This document shows, piece by piece, positions 11,620 through 25,437 of a DNA stretch of 64,000 nucleotides. Location: contig OX597842.1 of assembly GCA_951406725.2 (NCBI GenBank), positions 23,746,001 through 23,810,000 on the forward strand, read 5' to 3'. The translations under genes were made by a program, and so were the position numbers. The stretch is from Octopus vulgaris. Its lineage: Eukaryota. The notes under the pieces are model-generated. The model was given only the letters and a program-made list of their open reading frames with translations, was not told where the DNA came from and ran no database searches. Within the stretch, counting starts at the first letter, position 1, and every line of letters starts with the position of its first letter.

Positions 11620-11830
11620 CTTCTACACAGAAATAAAAAAAAAACTTGAAACTTTTCACATATGATGTTTGCACAAAATATGCAACAAAATGGCATGATA
11701 ACACATCAAATGTCAAAATTTTAGGCACATGTGGTATGTCCAGCATCCAAAGCGTGTTGATGAGAATTCAGTGCAGATGGGTAGGACATGATTTTCAAAT
11801 GGAAAGTGAATGCATTAAAAGAATATGGCA
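11620..11830 (+). mobile_element. old RTE LINE fragment
   Basis: ILGTCGMSSIQSVLMRIQCRWVGHDFQM resembles the RTE QLRWAGHV motif. Inverted paralog at ~49680-49860. Confidence 0.55.
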
Positions 11831-11844
11831 AACAAGTGGATGGA

Positions 11845-12046
11845 TATCTATTTCTTTACTACCCACAAGGGGCTAAACACAGAGAGGACACACAGATTAA
11901 GTTGATTATATCGACCCCAGTGTGTAACTGGTACTTAATTTATCGATCCTAAAAGAATGAAAGGCAAAGTCAACCTCAGCAGAATGTAAAGACAGACGAA
12001 ATACCGCTAAGCATTTCGCCCGGCATGCTAACAATTCTGCCAGCTT
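11845..12046 (-). mobile_element. SINE family C (Nin/Deu-domain-like)
   Basis: The - strand carries gaggttgactttgcctttcattcttttaggatcgataaattaagtacc. Same family as 54156 and 62034. Confidence 0.75.
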
Positions 12047-12219
12047 GGGGATCGTGACAGGAAGATCTTTAGGTATAAGAATAAACTAAAGCAATCCATA
12101 AAATCTCTACAGCTTGATTTGACATGTTGGGGAAAGTCATTGCCTGGATCCACTTCCATGGTGTAAAATTTCTAGCTCTAGACAAATGGTGTAAATCTGA
12201 TTTAGGTCTCTCTCTCTCT

Positions 12220-12410
12220 CTCTTTTACTTGTTTCAGTCATTTGACTGCGGCCATGCTGGAGCACCACCTTTAGTCGAGAAAATCAACCCCAGGACTTAT
12301 TCTTTATAAGCCTAGTACTTATTCTATCAGTCTCTTTTGCCGAACCACTAAGTAACAGAGACGTAAACATACCAGCAACGGTTGTCAAGCGATGTTGGGG
12401 GGACAAACAT
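12220..12410 (-). mobile_element. SINE family A, 3' part
   Basis: Reverse complement of the family A tail. Confidence 0.8.
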
Positions 12411-13473
12411 GGCATGAACTGTAAACTGGTTAGCATAAGGATAATACACCAAAAGAAACCCAAACAAATCAGAGTGGAACCTAGTGCAGCATTATGGTTT
12501 GCTAGCTCATGTCACACTGTGCCACCCATGCCAGTAAAAAAAAAAATTTTCACTAAAGGCTGATGATGATAACAGCGATAATGATGAAAACACATAGACA
12601 AAATCAACTTCAGTGTAACCTTTTATTCATTACTAGCAGAATTGCCCGGCGTTGCTCGGGGCTGAATTGCTTAAAAGTACTGTTAATGATTGCACTGAAT
12701 TATGATGATTATTCAGGCAAATATTGATATAAGTTCACGGCGAATGAATGTATTTGTAAGTGTATAGAAAGCCATGTAAAGGTATTCCTACCCCCTCGTA
12801 GAATGGTGTAAGAATTGAATGTGAGGTTGCCTTGAAAAGAGCCATGTTATTGTTCTCATAATTGTAAGAATTTGATAGTCGTGGAAGGCGATGTAAAACG
12901 TTCGCAGGTGAATAGGGTCTCTTCGTTTTGCACGAACGGCAGCGGATGTGCTGTTACAAAACTTGATGCTGTGTTAAAAGAGAGTGGATTTCATATGTAG
13001 GCAAGAGAGGAATGAAGCATGGGTAAGTAAATATGTGTAATTTATAAAATATAGAACAATAGCATCTACTCACCATATGTCAGACCGGCAAGACTGTAGT
13101 GGTGCTGATTAGGTGAATCACAATACAGTGGTGGAGATGTTTTCATTGATGGGCGTTTTGATTAAATTTGTTGTTGTATAAAATGATCTGTTGATTAGTT
13201 TCGAAAGTGTATGTTGCGATCGTGTTGTCGCTCATGTAAACTTTAACAATGAGAGTGTAGATGTAGGGGGTAGATGTGTCATGTACGTTGGATATAGAAG
13301 ATGAGGCTGGTGGTTTGATGATGAATGGATAGAAATAGAGTTGAGCGAAGGACAGGTGTTGGTTAAGTGTGAATTAATGTAATGAAACGCCTAGAAATGT
13401 AAATACCGTCATAAAAGAGAGTTGTATGTAAGTGAAATACTAACGTGTTTGAAAATGATGAAACGTAGTAATC

Positions 13474-16400
13474 CTATAAAACCTCCTTGTACACAATGTT
13501 TTTTGTTTTTCGTTGTGGAAGGAATGCGAAAGCATCACTGTTGCTGCCGACACGCGAGCAGCCAACATAAAGCTGACCATGAGAGAAACATGGCTCTCCC
13601 AAATGTATTCCTGCCACAGACAGTGTTTGACCTTGCGCTTTGTTAATTGACATTGCGAAACATGGCCTTACTGGGAAATGGGACCTCCGAAATATGAAAG
13701 GTAGGTCTGCTCCTGATGGGAAAAGATGCATCCTAGGTATGAGCACAACGTTGCCTTGACCGCACCCTGTGATAATGGTGGCCTCAATCAGATTGGGAGA
13801 TAAGGACTTAACGATCAAACGTGTGCCATTACATTGTTTTGGGTGGTAGTCCGGGGGGCTCAAAGGAATTGAGTACCTCTATTGGATAATTGATGACGTC
13901 GTCTGGGTCAGGAGTTGTATCAATAGACTTATATACATAAACATCCCCAGGAATGAGTTTTAGCATTTCATCATTAATATAGTGAACAGTTTTATTCCTC
14001 GGGGCCAGAATAGCCCTTTGGCCAATCCAATCCATATTCTGATAATTAGCTTGTAGATCTGGGAAGACTGCATCTCTGAGATCAGAAGGCGTGTTAACAA
14101 TGGTACAAATGGAATCGATGGCAATATTACCATTTTCATCCCCTGGTATTTTGCCTTCGCCAAGTGCAAGGAGGGTGTGAGAAAATGCTGCTGATGTGAT
14201 ATCACGTCGCATATGAGCACGCATATTGGTGTGAAGTTTGAGAGTCTTCACCAGTGGCCACAATGTGGATGACTTAAGACACACACTTACAGCATCAGCT
14301 CTAGTCCCTTTGGGAATAACGGGAAGTGTTTGTCGGAAGTCCCCTGAAAGAAGAAGTGTTATGCCTCCCATGGGAGCTGAAGAGTGTTTGATGTCTCTGA
14401 GAGATCTATCTAGTGCCTCAAGAGCACCTCTGTGGGCCATTGTGCATTCATCCCAAACGATAAGCTTGCATCGTCTGAAGACTTCTGCCTGATCGGAGCT
14501 GTTACTGATGTTGCAAGTTGGTGTCTCAGTCTTCGCTAAGTCAAGTGGGAGTTTGAAAGTAGAGTGAGCTGTCCTGGAATGAGCTTTGGCTCATTGTCGG
14601 CTATGTACTCGGCAAGCTCGTCAACATTAAAACATGTCTCACGCAGCAAATGTGAAGACAGAGTGTTTGTGCCTTCCCGGTTTGTTGAAGGTAGGCCATA
14701 GACCGGCAAGGCACTAATGCCCATATCGAGTACAGTATCTTCGATTTCAAGCAGCGCCCTGTTGTAAATGAGGTCAGTGTACCCGACCTCCATTGATGGA
14801 TGTAGCGATTGAGCGTGATGCAGGAAATCTTCAGACATATCATCTTTGTAGGTAAGCCATAAAGAGGCGGGATTAGCCAAGTCACACCATAGTAATAGAA
14901 TAGCGAAAAGCGATCTGATTTTTTTAGGAGATTTTAATGAAACACCTTCTGCCATAGTGGCGCCCCATTGTGAATCATCCTCCAAAAGTCGACGCCGAAA
15001 ACAGGCTTCACGGAAAGTATCACATAATACACCATCAACAGTTCTGATGTCTTGAAAACTTTGTGGGCCTAAAACCTCATGGAGGAGAAGGCGCAGGTGA
15101 AAACAGTCATGTTGGTTTGGAGGTACAGTGTAGACTCTTCCTAGACAACTGTTAAACTTGACACCAGGATGTCCTTCAACATCCTGACCTGACTTCCTAC
15201 GCACCCAATTGTTGTTTGACCACACGTAGTAGGACGGGACCTGAGGGTATAAAAGTGTTTTAGCAAATGTGTCAAGTTGGCAAAGCCTAAAGAAACCGGT
15301 CAAAGTTGTTTGTTTTGGATTTGCCGCCAAATCAGCTGCAGTCTGTTCAGTAAAGTAAATTCGTTGGCCATTTTCCAAATGAACCGCTAGTTGTATGATG
15401 GTGGGGTGCCTTTGGTGAAGTGGAAACCCGAATATCCGCCAAAAAGCTTCACCACTGCTTATGTACCGACCTGCCATGTACTGTGACACCTCGTCCATGC
15501 TATTGTCCTTTTGAAGGCCAAACATGGCAGCGTCAGAACCCTTGTTAACATATTTGCATATATACTTTATAGACTTGACTGAATGACAGAACTCCACATT
15601 TATGTGAGCGTTAAAAGTTTTCATCAGAAATGGACAGTACGGCACTACCCACCTATTATCCACTTGATGACCCCGTAACGTTATAGTGAATCCACCATTG
15701 TCAGGGTGCCTTCTTCTGTACAGTGGGTATCCGTCGCGGCCGGTCTGGATCTCGTCCACGAACCTCTTTGGGTACCGTTTAGTGCACACGTGGTCTTTGT
15801 GGCATGAGGAGAACTTTTGAAAACCAGGACCGCACGGACCGTGTACCATGTGTGCCTTCCGCAATGTCGTACAGGTGCCGGTCAACAGTTGGGTCCGGAA
15901 TTTCTGCTGCAATGAGATCATCAAGAACTGTTGGGTCTATTTTGTTGACCAACCAAAGCAAAATGTGCGCATGTGGCAACCCTCTTTTCTGCCACTCAAC
16001 AGTATACATGTGGCAGTTAACAGGCCCAAAAACCTGGCCTTTTTTTATTAAAAGAATGAGCTTAGCCAGTTTCTGCCTGAAAACCCTTGCAATAATATCA
16101 TGGCGATGACAGTACTGCTGCCCTGGGAGAAGTTCTCGCGTTACCTCAACCCACTTTGGGTTACATGTAAAGGTAATGAATAAATCGGGTCGCCCATAAT
16201 GCCGAACGTAAGTCATAGCGTCTTGTGTTCGCTCGTGCATGTACCGTGGGCCCCCTGTATAGGTTGAGGGGAGAATGCACATTTTGCCGATATTGCGGGC
16301 GTCAGTGTCATTCCTGATGCCATCACGCAAATGGATGTAGGAGTCTGAGCGCAGCGGCTTCTGATTCAATTTGATGAAGCCCAGTCTCTCGGACTCCATC

Positions 16401-17941
16401 TGTGCAGCCATGTCAACTGCAAACTGGTGAAACAGTTGCCGTGATCTGTGCAGGGGGTTGAAATCATTATGCCTTGTCATGAAGCGGTATGAGTAAAAAG
16501 CCATACATGAAACAGTTTTAGATGTCGCAGCCGAGGGCTCGTTTGGTTTGTGGTGAGGAATGCCGAAATGGTACCCGTCTTCTCCATACGGAAAAAGAAG
16601 GGGATACTGCAGGGCGTCATATGACCGATGCGTCTCATTAATACGCTGAAGACCACTGTCGCGGCTTTGAAGAACTATGTCCCGCTGCTTGTGCTGTTCA
16701 CCATGGAGAACTATGGCCACTTCATTGCACGAAGGAGCGTTATATCGCCGCGCGTGCTCCCCAGAAGGCCTTTTGTCAGCATCGATGACAATGGTGAATG
16801 TTGGTGAAGGGGCTGTTTCCAAGGCGTATTTGAAACTGCGAATATAGCTGTTGTGGTCATGAAGCATGTTTTGCAGAGTGAGCAGCACGTCCCTGTCGAA
16901 ATTGTCAGCGTTAGTGTTTGCATGTTGTGGAATTACGTCGAAACGCAAATCAAGTTGCCTATTATAATTTGTAATAAAATAAATTTGAAGGAACGAAGGT
17001 TTGCAATTTTGTAGTGGCTGGAGTGACCCAATAAGGTGGTACACCTGGCCCTGGACCTTGAAAGTAGGCATCCAACCAGTTTCTCTGACAACGTTAGCCC
17101 CGAAAGAAGTCATCTGAAATGCACAATTGTATTTCCTGATGAGTTGAAGGAATTTTGATGACCTTGAGGTGGAACCAGTAAGTAATTCCTTCAAAGGGTC
17201 TGGCAGCTCCCGAAGAGGGGGCAAGCTGACCTTACCGTTTAAGCAGCACATCGCAGGTGGTTCCCCAGCCCACTTTTTAGCATTGCAGAATTGGCAATTG
17301 AAGAACATTTCCCCAATATTTATGTCAGCTTGCATCGAGTAATTGAAGTTGGGCTCATACTTGAAAGCACGTAGATGCCAGTAAGGTCTGTTTGGACTCG
17401 TCAGACCGCGGTGTCGACTGTTCCGCTGGAATGTAGAACGTTGCTGGTCTGAGTCGTGGGAATGTGTCGAAAATGTTGAAGCAGCAGTAGCCGCAGCGTT
17501 TGTAGCCAGTCGAGTGGCCCTTTGTTGTGGGTCCTCTGAAGCCCTTTGTGCAGCAACAGCAGAAGTCTTTATGGCGCTGCGCTTCGACCTTGTTTCCGGA
17601 CCGTCTGAAGCCGTGGAAGCAGCATCGTATGAAGCAACCGCAGCGTTTGTAGCCAGTCGAGTGGCCCTTTGTTGTGGGTCCTCTGAAGCCCTTTGTGTAG
17701 CAACAGCAGAAGCGTTTATGGCGTTGCGCTTCGACCTTGTTTCCGGACCGTCTGAAGCCGTGGAAGCAGCATCGTATGAAGCAACCACAGCGTTTGTAGC
17801 CAGTCGAGTGGCCCTTTGTTGTGGGTCCTCTGAAGCCCTTTGTGCAGCAACAGCAGAAGCGTTTATGGCGCTGCGCTTCGCCTTTTTCGCAGCTGCTGCT
17901 GCAGTATGGTGGCCGATGTGACTTCTCTTTTTCGGTGGCAT
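13474..17941 (-). pseudogene. Helitron Rep/Helicase (HUH endonuclease + PIF1-like SF1B helicase), disrupted
   Basis: Motifs CQFC..CC, PDLFITFTCNPKW, VEWQKRGLPHAHILL (HUH), SIKYICKY, WDECTM, GDFRQTLPV, FAMSINKAQGQT and HGQLYVGCSRV. There is a frameshift near 15860 and two internal deletions near 14575 and 13840. Confidence 0.95.
17490..17880 (-). repeat. 147-bp (49-aa) coding tandem repeat, ~2.6 copies, in the RepHel N-terminus
   Basis: tgtagccagtcgagtggccc recurs at 17501, 17648 and 17795. Confidence 0.95.
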
Positions 17942-18461
17942 TTTATGTGAAAAAGAAAGGGTGAAAGTTACTTAAAGATAGAAATTGTAATTTGAATGAA
18001 ATGTGGAAAAATGTAAAGCGTGGAAGGAAAAGAAATAAATATTAGCAGCTGAAAGAAATTTTTTATGCAAGTATAGCGACAGAGTGTGTAAAATGTATAG
18101 AAATTTGAGTTAAAAGCCAGAAAAGAAAGTTAGATTTGCAATAAAGGAAGTAGTTTAAATACATGTTCGAAATGTGAAGTGTTTTAGTTGTTTAATCAAA
18201 TATTTGCGTAAAGTGTATAGAAACGTAAATTGAAAAAAGAAAATGAATTGAAATTTTTTAAAGAAAGGAATTTGTTTACATACATGTGTGAAATGGCAAA
18301 TGTTTGTGCAGTTGTCCGAAATGGAATCCAGGGTAAATGTGTGGAACTGATGTATTATAATGAATAGTCCTTCTTGAACTGAAAACCAGTGGTGTAGCAT
18401 AAAAGACGATAAGGGATCTTCTCGCCAAAATGGATGACCAGTCTGAATGGCTCACCCCTGT

Positions 18462-18494
<33 letters not shown>

Positions 18495-19379
18495 ACACAC
18501 ACGTTAGCTTACAATGTCTGTCAACAATTGACACTGTCGTATATATTAGCGTGTCTATGTGTCTAAAGAGGAAGTGGGAGTGAAAGAGTAAAAGAGTGAA
18601 AAGTTAAAATATTGAGTTTTCTCGAATTTTGTGTTAATTGGGGGTAAAATTGAAAGAAATTTGGTATGGCACAACCCAATAGAATTACTTTGAAAAATCA
18701 TGGTTAAACTCTAATTGAAGAAATTGTGTGAGGAGTAAATCGTTATGTATTTATTTGTTTCTGTTTGCTGTGTTTTTTTTTTTTAGTAGTGGTTTCACTT
18801 TAATCATTGGAAACTTGCAAAGAGAAAGTTGTAGAAATGAGTGATGGCGTGAGTGAATGAGATCGCTCCCTTTTTGTGTGTGTGTGTGTGCGAGTGCTGT
18901 AGCCCTCACTAAGAAAAACATTTGACATATACACCACAATGTGAGTTTTCTCTAAATTTTGCTTAATTGGGGTTGAAATTTTAAAAAGTGGACCTGGCAC
19001 GACCCGGTGCATTCTACTCTTAAAAATGCTAGGTAAATTGTAATTGAAGAAATCCTATATTGTAGATTTCTATAAGATACAAAGGGAGGCAGATAAAATC
19101 TGCCTTTTATAAGAGATTCCCATTTCTTTATTCTCTCAAAACAAATTGCTCAAAAATCAAGAGCAATCATCTTCAGAAATCAAAGGCATTGTTGATATAC
19201 TTCCATATATATACATGACATTCATGAATTTGATGTTGACATTATTGAAATTGAAGTCAATAACATCATATTTGAAGAGATAAAAATAGCCTAGTCTTTC
19301 AGCAGGAAAAAATAGCCATAATTGTTGTAATAAAGATTAATACTGAATAGTTGCACTTTTGTGTGAATACTCACATGTG

Positions 19380-21206
<1,827 letters not shown>

Positions 21207-21788
21207 CTAAATCAACAGGTGAAAACTGTCAACTCGTTTGTAAAGTTATCCAAACTTGTAAAGCAATCACCTCCTCTACATTCCAGACAGTAAAGACAAG
21301 AAAAATATTTTGCTGTTGTTTGTCATATATTTATATAGAAACGTTGATGTATAGATGAATGCTCCTTATAAATATATCGTCTTCCTTTAGTTGATGAAAG
21401 TTGATAAAAATATCAAAGGACATCTGAATGAAGTAGTTCATTTTATGTCAACATGATGTGATATTCTGAAACAGAAAAAGAAACAGTAAGATAAAGAGGA
21501 TAGTTAAGTGACATAGTAATTCAACATTGTAAATATTACAACATGAACACTGTCAGCCATTTAATGTCAATGTTTACAGGGGTCAGAAGTCATTGAGGTG
21601 TTGAAACATTGGTATACCCATACAAGTTTACTACACACTTCACCTTTACCTTTCAGAAAAATGTTTGATTTAAGACTTCATCTAGCACGACCGGAATTCC
21701 CTTTTCTGGACCAGCTCGCTAGCTATCCAGCAGTGAAGGTCCCGGTCTTCATGTTGTCTACGATGAGTCAGTGCCCTACGCATCATTA

Positions 21789-22521
21789 GGATTTTTTCGC
21801 TTTGGCCGGCAGATTTTAAAAATAATCTCTATGTAACTTAACACTTTTAAACTTTGTATACTGGTAGAATGTGTTTATAAAACATCTTTTTCTCTTGCCT
21901 TTCTGGAGAAAATTCTGTAGTTTGTAACATATTTGTTGTTTAATTTCTTGCATTTCGGCAATTTCAACCAATCAATGACGTCTATTGAGGTGAAAACGAT
22001 TTCTGCCGTAACAATTACTGGAGGCGTTATATGAAAATGTCCTTGCTTTTTATGAGAAAAAAGATACCCTGTGGCCATAAACGGAGGGTTCACTCGTAAA
22101 CAGAGCTGGATAACAAAACCGTTCCCTCTTTAGTGTCCATCCATAATTATGACCCTAGTATCGATCTATTGCATTTCAATCTTTTTTAGGGTTAGGGTTG
22201 GGGGCAAAGGTATCTTTTTTTCTTCAGAAATCTAAATAAACCCAATCTGTTTCTTAAACGAATATATAATATGTAACAGGGACATTTTCATATAACGCCG
22301 CCATAAAATGTTACGGCAGAAATCGTTTTCACCTCAATAGACCTCATTGATTGGTTGAAATTGCCAAAATGCAAGAAATTAAACAACAAATATGTTACAA
22401 ACTACAGAATTTTCTCAAGAAAGCCAAGAGAAAAAGGTGTTTTATAAACACATTCTACCAGTATACGAAGTTTAAAATTTTATAGTTACATAGAAATTAT
22501 TATAAAAAAGTGAAAAGATCG
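21789..22521. mobile_element. fold-back DNA element (GG-terminal, 8-bp TSD, Merlin-like) in the ZNF intron; copies at 27726-28446, 33572-34290, 39496-40214 and 45535-46278
   Basis: TSD catcatta at 21781-21788 and 22522-22529. Inverted arms of ~250 bp (21789-22040 vs 22280-22521). Confidence 0.85.
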
Positions 22522-22935
22522 CATCATTACTCTCAAACTTCAAATCACATCAAGGTCCCTTTTCATCATTTCCAGGTAGAAAAAATAAGAAGCAATCAAA
22601 TACTAGGGTCCATGTAATTCACTTATGCCCTCCCGCCAATTTTCAGGTCAAAAGCACAAATGATTATTGTTTTAATTATCAAAAGATTACTATTATCATC
22701 ATCATCATTATTATTTTCTTCACACGGAATGGAATGAAATACAAAGCCAACCTCGGCGGAAAGTCCTGAGTTCAAATACGGATGAGATCGACTTTTTCTT
22801 TCATCTGTTTCGGGAAAAAACCGGGACCCATGCAATCGACTTGTCGCTCGTATTAAAGATTGCTGACCCTGGGCCAGTTTTGAAATCATCATCATCATTA
22901 CTATTATTAATATAACATTAGAGTAAATCTTTATC

Positions 22936-23312
22936 AACTTACCGTTTTATCAATGCCTCATTAACAACGGGAGAACGTTAATTAATGTGGTATTCTTCAA
23001 CCGTTCTCCTCACCTTTTACTAATTAATTATGCCACGTTACATTCATTTTTATCAACTAATTTACTTTATATCACATGTAACAGTTGATAATAGGTTTTC
23101 CTAAACAACAGATCAACATTTCAGTTTGGAAATTATTAATTAAGACGAGAAAATATATTTTCCTAATTATTGTCAGCTTCCCGCTTCGAAAAATATTTAC
23201 TGTAACATCGAGAGGTAAACAGAATTCTATTATTCACATTAGTATTATTATTATTAGTAGTAGTAGTATCACCTTTACAGCCTTAAAGGAAATCTTTATC
23301 AACTTACCGTAT
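22936..23312 (-). promoter_or_regulatory. two putative 5'-UTR splice donors of the ZNF unit (introns start at 22942 and 23307); acceptor at 21466-21467
   Basis: acg|GTAAGTtga occurs twice per unit and is conserved in the diverged unit 5 (~46697, ~47050). One copy is also in the remnant (~50967). Confidence 0.55.
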
Positions 23313-24074
23313 TCACAAATAAACAGCGACTCAGTGATCAGTAATTAAGCACCTTAATTAATAATTGAAAAGAATCGAGGTTGAGGTGGTGAAGAAGTTG
23401 TTTCCCTTGATAAAATTGTATTCCTTAATTCTCCAATAGAGAGTGCTACTGACTTGTTGGATTAGCTCCGGGTTTTTTTTTTTAACTTTGTCCCATTCTG
23501 TCAATAACTTCATTTTCAAGTTCTTTTAAAATTCTCACCAGATTATTTTAAGGTGTACTTGTATATTCTACCCTATGACCGTTTCCAGCACACAACTACA
23601 TCGCGTCGCAGACCCTGGAAGAAAGAGGCCGTCTTTAACCTGTAACGTCATGTCCCACTTAATGTTCTTTCCTGTCGCCAACCCTTCTCCTTTCCCGCAA
23701 TACACAGACTTCAACTTTATATATATATATAATTCTCATTTTATTTGGTTTTTGCATCTCTCTTCCCTTGCCTACACACTCTAAGGCCACGAAGTTGGTC
23801 TGCTTGGTGGGAGGCGATTTAGTCTACTCTACTGCAGATCACACAACTTCGCCACCACAAATATAAATATCTTCATTGTTTAATTCCTGAGCCAATGTCA
23901 AGTTATCTATTTAATAGTTTCTCCCATTTTCCGAAGTCTCTGGTCAAATAACTTTTCAACCATCACACGAATTTCAGTACCAGAGGAACTGTTTTGACTG
24001 CCCAGCCACAATGTGTTAAACAATTTTCTTTGTCTTCGTATCATTTGTACATATATATATATATTTGTATATTC

Positions 24075-24247
24075 GACTGAGGTCTGGCAAACCAGACTCC
24101 AATCTCATCTGGCAGGTTGGTGTTAGGAAGGGCATCCAGCTGTAGAAACTCTGCCAGGTCAGATTAAAGTTTGGTTTGCCAGACCTCAGTCAAATCGTCC
24201 AACCCATGCTAGCATGGAAAGCGGACGTTAAATGATGATGATGATGA
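24075..24247 (+). mobile_element. RTE-tail retroposon with an inverted 5' segment (repeated at ~29999, ~35844, ~41767)
   Basis: gactgaggtctggcaaaccagact..ctggcag is inverted against ctgccag..tggtttgccagacctcagtc. (gat)n tail. Confidence 0.75.
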
Positions 24248-25437
24248 TTTGGTAGATTAACGGTAATGAAAAATTTTCCATGAATACATTTCTGATGAGG
24301 TAGATTACGATGATAATACTTTTTAGATCGTTTAGATTACGATTATATACGAATTTGTTGTCACAATTTTTTTCGGAGAAGTTGGAGTCCAGAAGAATTT
24401 GGGTAAATTTTGATATTTTCACCCACAAGATTTTCATAAAGACAAACAAAAAAACTCAGATTTTTTGCATGGAATCAAGTACCCTGACCTTGCAATGCGC
24501 TGTAAACTCTTTATTTTTGCTTGGAAAACGTGAGGCGCCCTCCCACCTCAGTATCATTGGAAATATATTTTTTTTCAGTGGATGCTGATGATAATGATGG
24601 TATACATATACACACACATACATATATGTGTGTGCATACGTACATATATATTTGAAGCAAACAGCATAAACTGTGAACAGGTTAGCATTAGGAGAATACA
24701 CCCAAAGAAACCCAAACAAATCAGATTGGAACCTAGTGCAGCATTATGGTTTGCCAGCTCATGTCACACTGTGCCACCCATGCCAGTAAAAAAAAAAAAA
24801 TTCACTAAAGGCTGATGATGATAACAGCGACAATGATGAAAACACATAGACAAAATAAACTTCAGTGTAACCTTTTATTCGTTATTCCCATTTCTTTATT
24901 CTCTCAAAACAAATTGCTCAAAAATCCAGAGCAATCATCTTCAGAAATCAAAGGCATTGTTGATATACTTCCATATATATACATGACATTCATGAATTTG
25001 ATGTTGACATTATTGAAAATGAAGTCGATAACATCATATTTGAAGAGATAAAAATAGCCCTGTCTTTCAGCAGAAAAAAATAGCCACAATTGTTGTAGTA
25101 GATTATTAATACTGAATGGTTGCACTTTTGTGTGAATACTCACGTGTACATAAATGGCATTTTTGAGAGAAAGATTTACCATAGATATCACAGTGATATT
25201 GTTTTTCCCCAGTATGAATATGCTTATAATTAGTGAAGTCACCATTGTATGAGAATGATTTACCACATATATCACAATGATATGGTTTCTATCTTGCACT
25301 GGTGTTTAATTGGGACACCTCTTTCAGAGAATGATTTACCACAGATATCACAATGATATGGCTTCTATCCTGCACTGGTGTTTAGTTAGGACACCTCTTT
25401 CAGAGAATGATTTACCACAAATATCACAATATGGTTT

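Larger units (their letters stand above)
12633..19116 (-). mobile_element. Helitron (rolling-circle transposon), 6,484 bp
   Basis: On the - strand: A|TCtcttata...hairpin cccgagcaacgccggg...ctgCTAG|T, with no TSD. Removing it restores ttttattc(a/g)tta-ttcccatttc as in the paralogs at ~24885, ~30795, ~36645, ~42560 and ~56310. Confidence 0.97.

Noticed and set aside
12670-13470. Captured host gene fragment in the Helitron 3' region
   Set aside because: No recognisable ORF or ZNF-like sequence. A database search would be needed.
17514-17921. 135-aa antisense ORF in the Helitron repeat
   Set aside because: It is open only because the GC-rich 147-bp unit lacks stops, and it starts at GTG.
22185-22205. 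tagggttagggtt as an interstitial telomere
   Set aside because: It is an internal motif of the MITE family, present in all copies.
22623-24815. Short ORFs conserved across array units
   Set aside because: The conservation only reflects recent duplication. The ORFs are low complexity and are broken by indels between units.
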